Source of the DNA: Gemmatimonadota bacterium
GTDB taxonomy: Bacteria; Gemmatimonadota; Gemmatimonadetes; Gemmatimonadales; GWC2-71-9
Reading direction: 5' to 3'
Assembly (NCBI GenBank): GCA_036679605.1
Contig: JAZDCZ010000409.1
Coordinates: 32,001 to 96,000, forward strand
Length of the DNA: 64,000 nt
Shown here: piece by piece, positions 19,973 through 30,032 of the stretch
Layout: each line of letters starts with the position of its first letter
Position numbering within the stretch: position 1 is the stretch's first letter
Made by a program: the position numbers and the translations under genes
The notes under the pieces: generated by a model
What the model was told of the DNA's origin: nothing
The model's input: only the letters and a program-made list of their open reading frames with translations
Database searches by the model: none

Positions 19973-21270
19973 GTCTTCAACTCTCGTTTCTTCGCGGCGG
20001 GAAACAGAACGTTGTTCAGAATCAGCCGGTAGCCCGGCGAGTTGGGATGGAGGGACAGGTCGGTCGGGGGATCGCCGATCTGATGTTGCGGATCTTCGGG
20101 GTCGTGTCCGCCCAGGAATGTCCACGTCCCCTTGCCAAAATTACCATGTATGTACTTGACCCACGGCGCACCCTTCTCGTCGGCCAGTACCGTTACGCCG
20201 GGCTTTAGTCGTTCACGCGTGAAAGAGGTAGTAAGACCATAGTAGTCAGCTATGACACTTCGGTGGCATTGTACCAGCATCGTGGGAACCGGGTCGATCT
20301 TCGCACTGAAGTTGAAAAGTTGAAACGCGCCGAGTTGCTGCCTTCGCCCCGGGTTATTCACCTGGTGGCCGTCTATGTCCGAGAAACTCGCTATCGCGGC
20401 AGATTGTTCGAGCCTTACTCCTTCAAACGCGAATGAACGATCCCACTGCATCCGCTGGGACGCGTTGGGATCCATTGGAGTGCCGTCGCTGTATTGGGCT
20501 GCGACATCGACACCTTCCGCCGCGAGCGCAATCTCCAACGTTTCCGTTGCCGTGCACATAGCAAAGAGAAAACCGCCGTCATCCACAAATTTGCTGATTT
20601 CCTGTGCCACTCCCTTCTTTAGGGCAGCCACTGAGCTGAGCCCAAGCGCTCGTGCCATCTGGGCGTTCTGGCGAACCATTTCAGTGAGCCAGGTTGTACC
20701 ACTATAGGTGAGGTAAAATTTCGAGAACTGGCCGGTGAAGTCTTCGTGGTGAAGATGGAGCCACTCGTAGTCGGCTAGCTTGCCACCAAAAACCTCGGCA
20801 TCCCAGACCTTGTCGTACTCGATACCCGCATACTGCAGTGCCATTGTAACTGCATCATCCCACGGGGCGACATTGGGAGGAACATATACCGCAACTTTCG
20901 GAGCCTTTTCGAGGGGCACTGCATCCTGATTGTTCGCTTGGATCACTCCACGAATAGCGACAACATCGGCGTCAGAGAGCCGTTCGACCGTAACGCCGTT
21001 CAGCGCTGCTTCCCTGTTCACCACGGGGTCCTCGGGAATCAAGAAACTCCCATCCCTATGATTGAGCAACCACTCCGCCCTACCGCCACGTTTCAGCACA
21101 CGGAACGTGACACCATATGCCTTGAGGTGATCGGCCTGCCGATCGTCCATGGGAATGAGTATCCACGACGCAGCACTCGAACCGCCGATCCGCCGGTCGC
21201 CGGATCCGCTTGCCAACACGACACCCAGGGCAGGAGGGCCGATAGCCCTCAAAAATTCGCGGCGCTTCAC
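19969..21270 (-). CDS. Conserved exported protein with Tat-like signal and glutamine-amidotransferase-like region (family often labelled 'asparagine synthetase B')
   Basis: MKRREFL; HLKAYG; PWDDAV; WLHLHHEDFTGQ; GGFLFAMC; GHDPED; YRLILNNVLFPAA. Confidence 0.75.
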   Translation of the reverse strand: MKRREFLRAIGPPALGVVLASGSGDRRIGGSSAASWILIPMDDRQADHLKAYGVTFRVLKRGGRAEWLLNHRDGSFLIPEDPVVNREAALNGVTVERLSDADVVAIRGVIQANNQDAVPLEKAPKVAVYVPPNVAPWDDAVTMALQYAGIEYDKVWDAEVFGGKLADYEWLHLHHEDFTGQFSKFYLTYSGTTWLTEMVRQNAQMARALGLSSVAALKKGVAQEISKFVDDGGFLFAMCTATETLEIALAAEGVDVAAQYSDGTPMDPNASQRMQWDRSFAFEGVRLEQSAAIASFSDIDGHQVNNPGRRQQLGAFQLFNFSAKIDPVPTMLVQCHRSVIADYYGLTTSFTRERLKPGVTVLADEKGAPWVKYIHGNFGKGTWTFLGGHDPEDPQHQIGDPPTDLSLHPNSPGYRLILNNVLFPAAKKRELKT

Positions 21271-21274
21271 TGCC

Positions 21275-23014
21275 CTATGATTTGGGGATTACTCCGCGCA
21301 CGCGGTCCAACAGGCGTCTTGCCTCGGGCACCACCGCACTTCCTGGATAGCTGATGATCAGATGTTCCAGATGGGTCACTGCCGAATCCTTGTCACCTTG
21401 TTCGTCATAAACGAGGGCAAGCGCGAATTCCGCCAACGGAGCCGCGACGCCAGCCGAATCGATCTTCAGTGCCTCCCTCAGAAGAGCCTGCGCCTCATTC
21501 CAATCTCCGTTGCGTTGAGCCAGCTGACCGCCGTAGGTAAGTACGTCGGCGCGCCCCCCACTGAGAGTCAGTGCACGTGCAACCTGCTCCAGCTCCTTTA
21601 CGGCTTGGGCCGTATCACCGCTGACGAGTGAGAGCAACGCGTTTCCCAGTCTTGGGATCGAATCGGGTCCGATTCTCTGCATCAAAGCCAGCATCTCGGT
21701 GCGCCTCGTCGCCTCGTCACGCGACTGAGCGTAGGGGCCCGCCGCCCGGAAAAGCTCAGTAGCACCCTTTAGGTCACCTCGGAACAGTCGAATCCAACCC
21801 CGAATGGCCAACGTTCCCACGGTAGAATCGCTTTCCAACATGTCGGTTGCGCGATCGAGGTTGCCTCGTTCCAGCCAAGCCCAAGTGATCTTCTCCTTGA
21901 GTCGTGCTGTGTCGTCTCCGTGCAGTCTACCCTCCCACTCGCGCAGCCGCTTTTCTGCCTCCTTGACGTCGCCGGCATCGACCATAACGCGAATCAAGGT
22001 GGCTGTTGCCGCGGCTGCGTCGGTCGGCGTTCCACCGGAGTTCATACGATCGAGCACTCGTCTTGCCGAGGCCAACGCCCCTGCATCCGCAAAGGCTCGC
22101 GCTGCACCAAGTCTCGCGCGTTCGGCTTCCCGGCCCGTGCTTATCTCCGCGAGTCGCTCCAGCGAATAACCTCTTGCCCGTTCCCCCGCCGGCGTTCGCC
22201 CGGCATGAGCACGATCGGCGAACCGCCTGATCATCGGCGCCGCGAGCGCTGGTTCGGCCGGCAAGATACTCTGAAGCATCGTCCATCCCTCTTCCGGGCG
22301 ACCCCACGCAACCAGAGTCTCCGCAGCCAGGCGTCGCCCAAAGTTGTCGGCACGATCGTTCGACAGGACTCGAAGCACGTTGACGCGATCCACCTCAGGC
22401 ACCCGCTTCAATCCTGCTGCACCCGCCGCGAGGTACTGCTGGTTGATTCTGACGGCGTTGCTCCACTCCAATGCAGCATCGATCCAACGTTGGGCAGAAC
22501 CATACATGCGGCCCAATTCGGGCGCCAAGGCAGTTCCGCCCAACCGTTGGCGTCCGGTCAGCAAGATATCGATCGCTCTGTCGGTCTGGCCGGTGCGGGA
22601 GGTGGCGACCGCCCAATGGCGGTACGGTTCGACGCTCTCGGGTGACATCTCGACCCACCTTTCACCCGCGGCAGCAACACTGTCCGGCTGATTGAGCGAC
22701 GCCCACGTGCGCAGTTCTATCTGGTGCAACAACCGATTCGCCGGGTCGCTCGCAAACAGAGAATCCACAACTGAGATTACCGATTCGAGTTTGCCAAGTC
22801 TCGTAAGTACGCGCTCCAACCCCAGGAGTGCTACATCATTGGCTTGCGCTCCCGCCAGTAGTGCGCGATAAGCGTCAGCTGCTTCCTCGTAGCGGCCCCG
22901 CCGCTCCAGATCAAGTGCCCGACCTGTCACCACACCCGTCTGAGCAACCGTCACGGTTGCGGCAGTCGACATGAGCATGATGAGACCGATTGATCTATGG
23001 ACGGCGCGCACCAT
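21275..23014 (-). CDS. Exported TPR-repeat protein
   Basis: Signal peptide; helical Ala/Leu-rich repeats; C-terminal LEHLIISYPGS. Confidence 0.8.
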   Translation of the reverse strand: MVRAVHRSIGLIMLMSTAATVTVAQTGVVTGRALDLERRGRYEEAADAYRALLAGAQANDVALLGLERVLTRLGKLESVISVVDSLFASDPANRLLHQIELRTWASLNQPDSVAAAGERWVEMSPESVEPYRHWAVATSRTGQTDRAIDILLTGRQRLGGTALAPELGRMYGSAQRWIDAALEWSNAVRINQQYLAAGAAGLKRVPEVDRVNVLRVLSNDRADNFGRRLAAETLVAWGRPEEGWTMLQSILPAEPALAAPMIRRFADRAHAGRTPAGERARGYSLERLAEISTGREAERARLGAARAFADAGALASARRVLDRMNSGGTPTDAAAATATLIRVMVDAGDVKEAEKRLREWEGRLHGDDTARLKEKITWAWLERGNLDRATDMLESDSTVGTLAIRGWIRLFRGDLKGATELFRAAGPYAQSRDEATRRTEMLALMQRIGPDSIPRLGNALLSLVSGDTAQAVKELEQVARALTLSGGRADVLTYGGQLAQRNGDWNEAQALLREALKIDSAGVAAPLAEFALALVYDEQGDKDSAVTHLEHLIISYPGSAVVPEARRLLDRVRGVIPKS

Positions 23015-26000
23015 TCAACCGCCGGAAATAGTCCAAAACGAGACGGCGTTCCTGGGGTGACAAAGAGCGCAGGTCTTCCCATGTGGGATACCGGTACCGC
23101 GGGCCAGCGGCGGAGTCGAGGCGTTGCAAGGGTGGTAGCTGAACCGTGTTGGGATCTGCCGTCTCGCTCAGGCGTTCTTCACGCTGATCTTCCTCGTCGC
23201 TCCGCAACGTGCGCCCAGCGTCCAGCAGACGTCGGAACAACCGCTCCTGACGTTCGATCGTCTCGCGATCTAGACGAGCCCCTTCGAGTTCTCGTGCGAG
23301 ATCGTTGGCCTCTTGTGCCAATTCACTTGCACTCGGCACCTGACCTTCAGCCTGCAACCGCTCCATCTCGTTCGCCAGCGAACGCTGCCTCTGCGCCAGC
23401 AATTGCATTTGCTGCATCAACTGCTGATCTCCGTTTTGCATGAGAGACAGCATGCCGTTCGTAGCGTTATTCAATTGTCCCTGCTGCTGTGCCATTTGGG
23501 CGAGACGTTCCATCGCCTCGCTCAGACCGGAACCGGATTGCGCATTCGCCACATCGGAGCGGGCGCGGAGCAGTGCATGCGCCAAGGAGTTCAGGCCATC
23601 AAGTGCCTCACCTGCCAGTTCGCCGGCTTGTCTAGTGTTCGGGTTTGCACGTTGCAATTGATCGAGCGCCTGCGACATGCGGAGCTTCGAGAAGCCCAGT
23701 GCGGTACCCAACTGCGGAGAGACCAGCGCGTTCTTTCCCGCAGCGCCCTGCAACCGCTCCAAGAGTTGATCGACACCCGACCGAACAGCGGCTTGTGCGC
23801 CGCGAACGTCGCCACCCGACTCGCCGCGATTGAGTCGCTCCATGATCTCCTGCTGCGCCTGCGCCAGGCTTGCAGTCTCCACTAGCGACCGATCCATTGC
23901 GTCCAGAACCTCCTGTCGCCACTCCTGCCGCAATTCATCGCGCTGTTGCCGGAGATCGGAAGCAAGCGGTTGCAGCGATTGACTAGCAGATTCACCCGAT
24001 TGCTTCGCCTGTTGACGCTCTCCACTCTGCGCCTGCGCACCAGCCTGTTGCATCTGCCCGGCCGCCTGCTGTGCACCATCGGCCGCGTTCTGTACACTCT
24101 CGTCCGATTTGCCGGACTCGCCCAACTGCTGTCCCAACTCGTCGAGCCGGGCGGCGAGGGAGTCTGCCTGTTCCGCCAATGCTCTTTCCTGTGCCGCAAG
24201 CACACTGTCGGACATCTGCGTATCGGTCGACTCGTTCCACTCGTTCTGACGTTGCGCCAACTCCTCAGCATCATCGGCCAGCGTGGTCATCTCTCCTTCC
24301 ATGGCGGCCCGCTCGAACAATTCCTTGCCCCGTTCCAGTTCATCCCGCAGCTGCTGGGCAGATTCCGCGAGCTGTTTGAGCGCTTCCCGCACTCGCTCCG
24401 CGTCAAGGTTTTCCACCGCATCTCGCAGGGCCTCCAAACGATCCCTTAGCTCATCGGTGATAGCTTTGTCGAGGAGATCCCTTATTTCATCTAGTTGCTT
24501 GTGGAATTCGGGGTCTGTGAGACCGGCGGCCCACGCCTCCTCAGATAGTTGACGGAGTTCTTCGGTAAGACTCTTCGCCCGCTTCAGCGCTTGTTCTTGT
24601 TTCTGCGAAAGTTCCGTCGCGCGCTCTACGGAATTGAACGGAAGATCGTCGGTTGATTGTTGTCCCGCTTGCGACGCTTCTGCTTCGGCACCGCGTTGTC
24701 GTTCGGCGGCCAGGTCTTGGAGTTCTTGGGTAAGTCGATCTTGTTCACTGAGTAGCGAATCGGCCCGCTCGCCGACGGACTGCGACCGGTTTCTAACAGC
24801 GTCCCGTAGTTCCGCCATCGACGGCAACCAAAGCAGATACTCGCGGCTCTCGCCCACATTCGGCTTGGGTGCGTTGTCACGCGCTCTGACCTTGAAGTGG
24901 GCCGTGTCACCTGGGAGAAAGCCCCGCTCGTTGAGATCGAGGACCCACTGAAACACCACTCGGTCGGTCGCGTTGCCGGGCAGCGGCAAATTTTCGATAA
25001 CCTGCTTGCCGGTCACACCTAGCTTGCTGACCCGCCAACTGACAAGCTCTACCTGCGTAAGCGCGTTGTCATCGTTGGCATCGATCACCAGTGGCTGCTT
25101 GAGCGTTAGAGAAACCGTGGTATCAGCTCCGGGAATGGGAACATTGACCACAGGCACACCGTCAGGTGCCGCGACCAGGTTCAGCTCCGGAAGTTCTTCC
25201 GCCGGCAGCTCGCCCGTTCGGGTTGCTACGCGGAGCTGCCAGCGAGCGCTCCGCGATACACGCAACACGCCACTGAAGAGTTGCCCTTCGCTCGCAAGCG
25301 GTACCGACCGCCGGTCGCTCTTCCATTCCGCAGAGCGAACGTCCAGGGTAACGCGGCCCCGCACAGAGATACTCGTTCCCACGGGCAACTGGATTGGCTC
25401 AGGGCCCGCTAACAGCGGCTCGTCGGGCCGCCCAAGGTAGGTGGGATATCGGGCGACGAGTTGGAGATCGGCCAAGAACGCCGGAAGCAGCACACGAACG
25501 TGAACCGTATCTGAGTTTCGGCCGCCGCTGGCAGCATGCAGAAAGAGATCACTGTCGAGCGGACCCAGGGTGATTTGCGTCTCACCAGCGCTGTCGAGCC
25601 TCAAGGATCTCGCGGCCCATGCCTCACCGGGCGCCCTCACCCACAGTGTTGCCACGTTCCTCCGGGCCGCTGTGAGCGAAACGACAACGCTGTCACCGCG
25701 CTCGACCTCGATGCGGTCCACCTCGACTCGTACCGGTCCACGCGAACCAAGCAATGTTGTGAGAGGATTCCAAAATTGTCGGCTATGACCCGATGTCGGA
25801 CCGGCTAGGAAGAACATCAGGACTCCGCCAGCCAGGACGCTCGCACCCGTGGTTAGAGAGCGACCAGCGTGGCGTCTAATGGTACCGAGCGCTCCCAGCC
25901 CATTCTCGTGGAGCCAACCAGCGGCCTGTCCGTCGGCAAGATCTGCCAGGCGGGAACTACCAACCTCACGATCCCAATCGGTGATACAGCCGATCGACCC

Positions 26001-26288
26001 GTGCCTCAAGCCACGACTCACTTCGACCTGGCGAGCCAGCGCCACCGTTTCGGTTTGCTTGAGCCTGCGACTCACCCAGAGAGCACCCCATACAAGAGCA
26101 GCGATGCAGCCCAACCACCCCAACAAAACGAATGCGGGAAACGAGCGATACAGACCGATGCGAGCCGCCAGCAAGCCCAGACTCAACGCAGCGAATGCGA
26201 GCCCTGTAGTAAGAGACGTACCCGCTGCCAGAACGCGACGTAACAACTCTTTACGTCGTGCCTCGAGCCACCGTCTAGTCTCAGTCAC
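22995..26288 (-). CDS. DUF4175-like membrane-anchored long coiled-coil protein
   Basis: Three N-terminal TM segments, a beta-rich middle and a Gln-rich coiled coil ending in VLDYFRRL. Confidence 0.75.
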   Translation of the reverse strand: MTETRRWLEARRKELLRRVLAAGTSLTTGLAFAALSLGLLAARIGLYRSFPAFVLLGWLGCIAALVWGALWVSRRLKQTETVALARQVEVSRGLRHGSIGCITDWDREVGSSRLADLADGQAAGWLHENGLGALGTIRRHAGRSLTTGASVLAGGVLMFFLAGPTSGHSRQFWNPLTTLLGSRGPVRVEVDRIEVERGDSVVVSLTAARRNVATLWVRAPGEAWAARSLRLDSAGETQITLGPLDSDLFLHAASGGRNSDTVHVRVLLPAFLADLQLVARYPTYLGRPDEPLLAGPEPIQLPVGTSISVRGRVTLDVRSAEWKSDRRSVPLASEGQLFSGVLRVSRSARWQLRVATRTGELPAEELPELNLVAAPDGVPVVNVPIPGADTTVSLTLKQPLVIDANDDNALTQVELVSWRVSKLGVTGKQVIENLPLPGNATDRVVFQWVLDLNERGFLPGDTAHFKVRARDNAPKPNVGESREYLLWLPSMAELRDAVRNRSQSVGERADSLLSEQDRLTQELQDLAAERQRGAEAEASQAGQQSTDDLPFNSVERATELSQKQEQALKRAKSLTEELRQLSEEAWAAGLTDPEFHKQLDEIRDLLDKAITDELRDRLEALRDAVENLDAERVREALKQLAESAQQLRDELERGKELFERAAMEGEMTTLADDAEELAQRQNEWNESTDTQMSDSVLAAQERALAEQADSLAARLDELGQQLGESGKSDESVQNAADGAQQAAGQMQQAGAQAQSGERQQAKQSGESASQSLQPLASDLRQQRDELRQEWRQEVLDAMDRSLVETASLAQAQQEIMERLNRGESGGDVRGAQAAVRSGVDQLLERLQGAAGKNALVSPQLGTALGFSKLRMSQALDQLQRANPNTRQAGELAGEALDGLNSLAHALLRARSDVANAQSGSGLSEAMERLAQMAQQQGQLNNATNGMLSLMQNGDQQLMQQMQLLAQRQRSLANEMERLQAEGQVPSASELAQEANDLARELEGARLDRETIERQERLFRRLLDAGRTLRSDEEDQREERLSETADPNTVQLPPLQRLDSAAGPRYRYPTWEDLRSLSPQERRLVLDYFRRLNGARRP

Positions 26289-26953
26289 TGGGTGGCAGTT
26301 ACGGCATAGACGAACAGGTTGACACCCATCCGAATAGCTGCTTCCCGGACCTCGGGTCGGTCGTTGTGAACCTCAGCATCTTCCCATCCGTCTCCCAAGT
26401 CCGATTGGTATGAATAGAATAGGGCCAGCCGGTCGCTCAGAAAGATACCAAATGCTTGGGCCGGCAGATCGTCGTGCTCGTGAATCTTGGGTATCCCTTC
26501 GGGGAAGTCATAGACAAGGTGGAAAACCGGATGATCGAGTGGAATCTCCTCCAGCGGATTATCGGGAAATACTCTGGCGATCTCGCGGCGAAACGACTCG
26601 TCCATTCCATAGTTATCGTCGGCGTGGAGGAATCCCCCGCTCTCCAAGTACCTTCGTAGCGTCGCCGCTTCGGTTTCCGAAAACGTTACGTTCCCGTGTC
26701 CGGTCATGTGAATGTAGGGGATCTCCCAGAGGTTGGGATCGGAAAGTTTTACGACTCGTTCACGCACGTCCGCGTCCAGCGTGGTACGGTTCCGGATTGC
26801 GCTCAGGAGATTTGGAATGCTCGACGGATTGGCGTACCAATCACCGCCGCCGCCATACTGGAGACGGCCAATGGTCAGATCTCTGACGCCCGTTGGGGAC
26901 GAGCCCAAGAGTGCCACTGCGAGTGCAGCGACGGTCAGGATCCTCTGGTTCAC
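26285..26953 (-). CDS. DUF4159 family exported protein
   Basis: RLQYGGGGDWYANP, MTGHG, GGFLHADDNYG, DLGDGWED. Confidence 0.85.
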   Translation of the reverse strand: MNQRILTVAALAVALLGSSPTGVRDLTIGRLQYGGGGDWYANPSSIPNLLSAIRNRTTLDADVRERVVKLSDPNLWEIPYIHMTGHGNVTFSETEAATLRRYLESGGFLHADDNYGMDESFRREIARVFPDNPLEEIPLDHPVFHLVYDFPEGIPKIHEHDDLPAQAFGIFLSDRLALFYSYQSDLGDGWEDAEVHNDRPEVREAAIRMGVNLFVYAVTATQ

Positions 26954-27759
26954 AGGTCAGTAATCATTTTGTATGCGTCTCTGCGCGGAATGGCGAAGTC
27001 CTCCGCCACCTTGGCCGAGGCGTCCCGCCGACTCACGCCGTGGGAGAGCAGATCGAGCGCGCGTTGGCGCACCGCCGCTTCATCGACATTGTGTTCCGTT
27101 GGTCCGGACCCCGCCACACACACGGTCACCTCGCCCCGTGGTGGGTGCGCTTCGTAGTAAACCTGCAACTCGAGCAAGGTCCCACGCCTGACCTCCTCGT
27201 GCATCTTGGTTAGCTCCCGCGTTACCACCGCGGTCCTGTCCGGTCCGCAAGCCTCAGCAAGATCTCCTAGCAACCGCACCAAGCGGTTGGCAGCCTCGAA
27301 GATGACGGCAGTCCAGCTTAGATTGGCCGCGGTGTCGAGCAATCGGCGGCGGTCGCGTCCCTTCCTGGGCACGAACCCGAGAAATGTATACCGCCCAGCT
27401 GGAAGTCCGGACACGCTGAGTGCCGCAGTTACCGCAGACGGTCCAGGAACGGCAACGACCTCCACCCCTTCCGCGAGGGCTCTGGACACCAGGTCCGGAC
27501 CGGGATCGCTGATCCCGGGGGTACCGGCGTCTGTAAGGAGTGCCACACACTTTCCTTGCATGAGGGCGGTGGCCAGCTGCTCGAGCCTGGCAGGTGGTGA
27601 ATGGGCGTGAAAACTGAAGACCCGGGGTGACGCTCCGATTCGCCCAAGCAGGACGCGGGCTCGCCTTGTGTCTTCGGCGGCAACGACTTCTACGTCACCT
27701 AGGACGGCAATCGCGCGCTCCGACAGATCGCCGAGATTGCCCAGTGGTGTCGCTATCAC
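26950..27759 (-). CDS. rsmI: 16S rRNA C1402 2'-O-methyltransferase
   Basis: ATPLGNLGD, AEDTR, DAGTPGISDPG, RELTKMHEE; the true start may be 27768 (see findings). Confidence 0.93.
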   Translation of the reverse strand: MIATPLGNLGDLSERAIAVLGDVEVVAAEDTRRARVLLGRIGASPRVFSFHAHSPPARLEQLATALMQGKCVALLTDAGTPGISDPGPDLVSRALAEGVEVVAVPGPSAVTAALSVSGLPAGRYTFLGFVPRKGRDRRRLLDTAANLSWTAVIFEAANRLVRLLGDLAEACGPDRTAVVTRELTKMHEEVRRGTLLELQVYYEAHPPRGEVTVCVAGSGPTEHNVDEAAVRQRALDLLSHGVSRRDASAKVAEDFAIPRRDAYKMITDL

Positions 27760-27800
27760 GTAGAGCGTTTGAGCCTCTCTTGTGGCTTATGATATTTACC

Positions 27801-27837
27801 AAAAGCGGCGCGGGACAGATGAACGTCACGCGCCGCT
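27801..27837 (-). terminator. Putative intrinsic terminator after trxA
   Basis: Stem AGCGGCGCG/CGCGCCGCT running into a short T tract on the minus strand. Confidence 0.55.
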
Positions 27838-27873
27838 GGCTCGATCTGCTTTCGGGCATTGGCCCGTTAGCAG

Positions 27874-28209
27874 TCAACTCAAGTGCTGGTCCAGCTTCTC
27901 GATGAGGTACGCTTTGGGTACTGCCCCCACCACCGTCTCTACCAACGCGCCATCTTTGAACAGTAAAATGCTCGGAATGGAGCGTACATTGAATTGTGCG
28001 GCGATTCTGGGATTGGCGTCGACATCGACTTTGGCAACCTTCACCTTACCCTCATATTCCTCGGCAATTTGCGCGACGACCGGCGCAATCACTTGGCACG
28101 GACCGCACCAAGTAGCCCAGAAATCAACCAACGCTAGTCCCTCATGCTGCTCGACCTCGTCGGCAAAGGTGTCGTCGCCTACATGGGACAGCAGTTCCAT
28201 CTCTGCCAT
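27874..28209 (-). CDS. trxA: Thioredoxin
   Basis: VDFWATWCGPC, VRSIP. Confidence 0.96.
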   Translation of the reverse strand: MAEMELLSHVGDDTFADEVEQHEGLALVDFWATWCGPCQVIAPVVAQIAEEYEGKVKVAKVDVDANPRIAAQFNVRSIPSILLFKDGALVETVVGAVPKAYLIEKLDQHLS

Positions 28210-28289
28210 GTTTTACTCCCTCATATTATGTTGTGCCCACCCGGGACCAACCCGGGAGGCAGTTCAAGATTCCACGCACGGAGCTACCC

Positions 28290-28688
28290 GTGATTCCTTC
28301 TGATGCTCGGATCGCCCATATCGGCATCGCAGTAGCCGACCTGGATCAGGCAGCAACGTTCTACCGCGAGATCTTGGGGCTCGAACCTTCCACTATTGTA
28401 ACAGCAGACGGCGCCAGAATTGTTTCCTTGAATCTTGGCGGCGTCGAGATCGAACTCCTAACCTCCGAGGAACCCGAGAGTCCGATAGCCAAGTTCTTGG
28501 CCAAACGCGGGCCCGGAATTCACCATATTTGCTATCGCGTGCCCGACCTGGAGCAGACGCTGAGCCTCTGCCGTGAACATGGCTACCGGCTCGTAGACCA
28601 AGCCCCACGACAGGGAGCCTCCGGACACAAAGTGGCCTTCTTACATCCCAAGGCGACAAACGGCATCCTGATGGAATTTACCGAATAA
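28290..28688 (+). CDS. mce: Methylmalonyl-CoA epimerase (VOC family)
   Basis: HIGIAV, IELL, KRGPGIHHI, FLHPKATNGILMEF. Confidence 0.88.
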   Translation: MIPSDARIAHIGIAVADLDQAATFYREILGLEPSTIVTADGARIVSLNLGGVEIELLTSEEPESPIAKFLAKRGPGIHHICYRVPDLEQTLSLCREHGYRLVDQAPRQGASGHKVAFLHPKATNGILMEFTE

Positions 28689-28726
28689 TCCTTGGTCGCG
28701 CAGGACCTGGTTAGCTCTTGTGCGTA

Positions 28727-29209
28727 CTAATCGGTGCCGCAGTGCCGGACTGGATTCCCTCTCGCCTCCAGATCGATTTCACTAATCAGCCAGCCCCCGC
28801 GGTAAGTTATCAGGGTGAACGGTACGACAGGCGTACACCCATTGCGTGTAATTTGGACGTACACCACCTGTTCGCCCGGTTTGATGCCGAATTTGGGACT
28901 CAGCCCTCCGTCAGAGACTATCTGAAATTCTTCGTGCTCCAAATAGACTTTCATTATGGTGAGCCGTTGTTGCCACACGTCGGCGTCCATTTTCTCTGAT
29001 GCCGGCCCGCCCTTGGTGCCCCAGAATTCTCCCATGGCCACCAGGCTATTGGCATTCACTGCGTTCAAGAACCCACGGACTGTGGCTTCTGGACTGGCCG
29101 GTGGGAGCACTGACGAACCGCCGCTGCATGAGACGACCGCCAGCACCGCCATAATCGGTATAAGTTGACGGCCTGGTTGCGCAATCTGGGAAATCGTCGT
29201 GAATTTCAT
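28727..29209 (-). CDS. Hypothetical lipoprotein
   Basis: Lipobox-like VVSC; SPEATVRGFL helix followed by beta strands. Confidence 0.65.
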   Translation of the reverse strand: MKFTTISQIAQPGRQLIPIMAVLAVVSCSGGSSVLPPASPEATVRGFLNAVNANSLVAMGEFWGTKGGPASEKMDADVWQQRLTIMKVYLEHEEFQIVSDGGLSPKFGIKPGEQVVYVQITRNGCTPVVPFTLITYRGGWLISEIDLEARGNPVRHCGTD

Positions 29210-29256
29210 CTGCAGCTCAAAGTTATAGCTTTCGAAAATTCAGGGCAAGGATCGGA

Positions 29257-30003
29257 ATGCGATTATACATCAACGTTGACCATGTAGCCACAATCAGGCA
29301 GGCACGGCGGACTGACGAACCAGATCCGGCGGAGGCAGCCGTTCTGTGTGAACGGGCCGGTGCCGACGGAATTACGATCCACCTAAGGGAGGACCGGCGA
29401 CACATACAGGATGACGACGTGCGTAGAATCGCCGCAAGCATAGGTACGGTGCTCAACCTGGAACTGGCGACTGCCGCGGACGTGGTAGCGGTGGCGACCG
29501 ACATCAAGCCCTACCAGGCTACAGTTGTCCCGGAACGGCGTGAGGAGATCACAACCGAGGGCGGTCTCGATTTGCCCGCAGCCGGCGATGGGAGGGCCCG
29601 TCTCCTGGAGACGATCCAACGACTCGCCGACTCCGGTATTCGAGTCAGCCTGTTCATAGATCCGAACATCGAGACAATCGATCGCGCAGCGGAACTAGGG
29701 GTTCCCGCCATCGAACTGCACACCGGAGAGTACGCGAACAACTATCGTTCATCCAACGAGGCGCTCGAGAGGTTGAAGCAAGCAACCGATCACGGCCAGC
29801 GAGCCGGTTTGGCCGTACACGCCGGCCACGGCCTGACCTACCGCAACGTCGAGCCCGTAGCGGCGATCCGCCAGATCGAGGAGCTGAACATTGGTCACAG
29901 CATCGTGAGCCGCAGTGTGACGGTCGGTATAGAATCTGCGGTCCGTGAGATGAAGACCCTGATCGACGGCGTCAGCGTTGACCGTGATCCGGACGGGTCA
30001 TAA
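29257..30003 (+). CDS. pdxJ: Pyridoxine 5'-phosphate synthase
   Basis: NVDHVATIRQAR, HLREDRRHI, ELHTG, AGHGL, ELNIGH. Confidence 0.96.
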   Translation: MRLYINVDHVATIRQARRTDEPDPAEAAVLCERAGADGITIHLREDRRHIQDDDVRRIAASIGTVLNLELATAADVVAVATDIKPYQATVVPERREEITTEGGLDLPAAGDGRARLLETIQRLADSGIRVSLFIDPNIETIDRAAELGVPAIELHTGEYANNYRSSNEALERLKQATDHGQRAGLAVHAGHGLTYRNVEPVAAIRQIEELNIGHSIVSRSVTVGIESAVREMKTLIDGVSVDRDPDGS

Positions 30004-30032
30004 CTTACCAACCCTTTTCTTCCTGCTCTTAG

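Noticed and set aside
19973..20125. Longer DinG start in the ORF track
   Set aside because: Overlaps the conserved C-terminus of the upstream gene; the GTGA coupling at 19969-19972 fits better.
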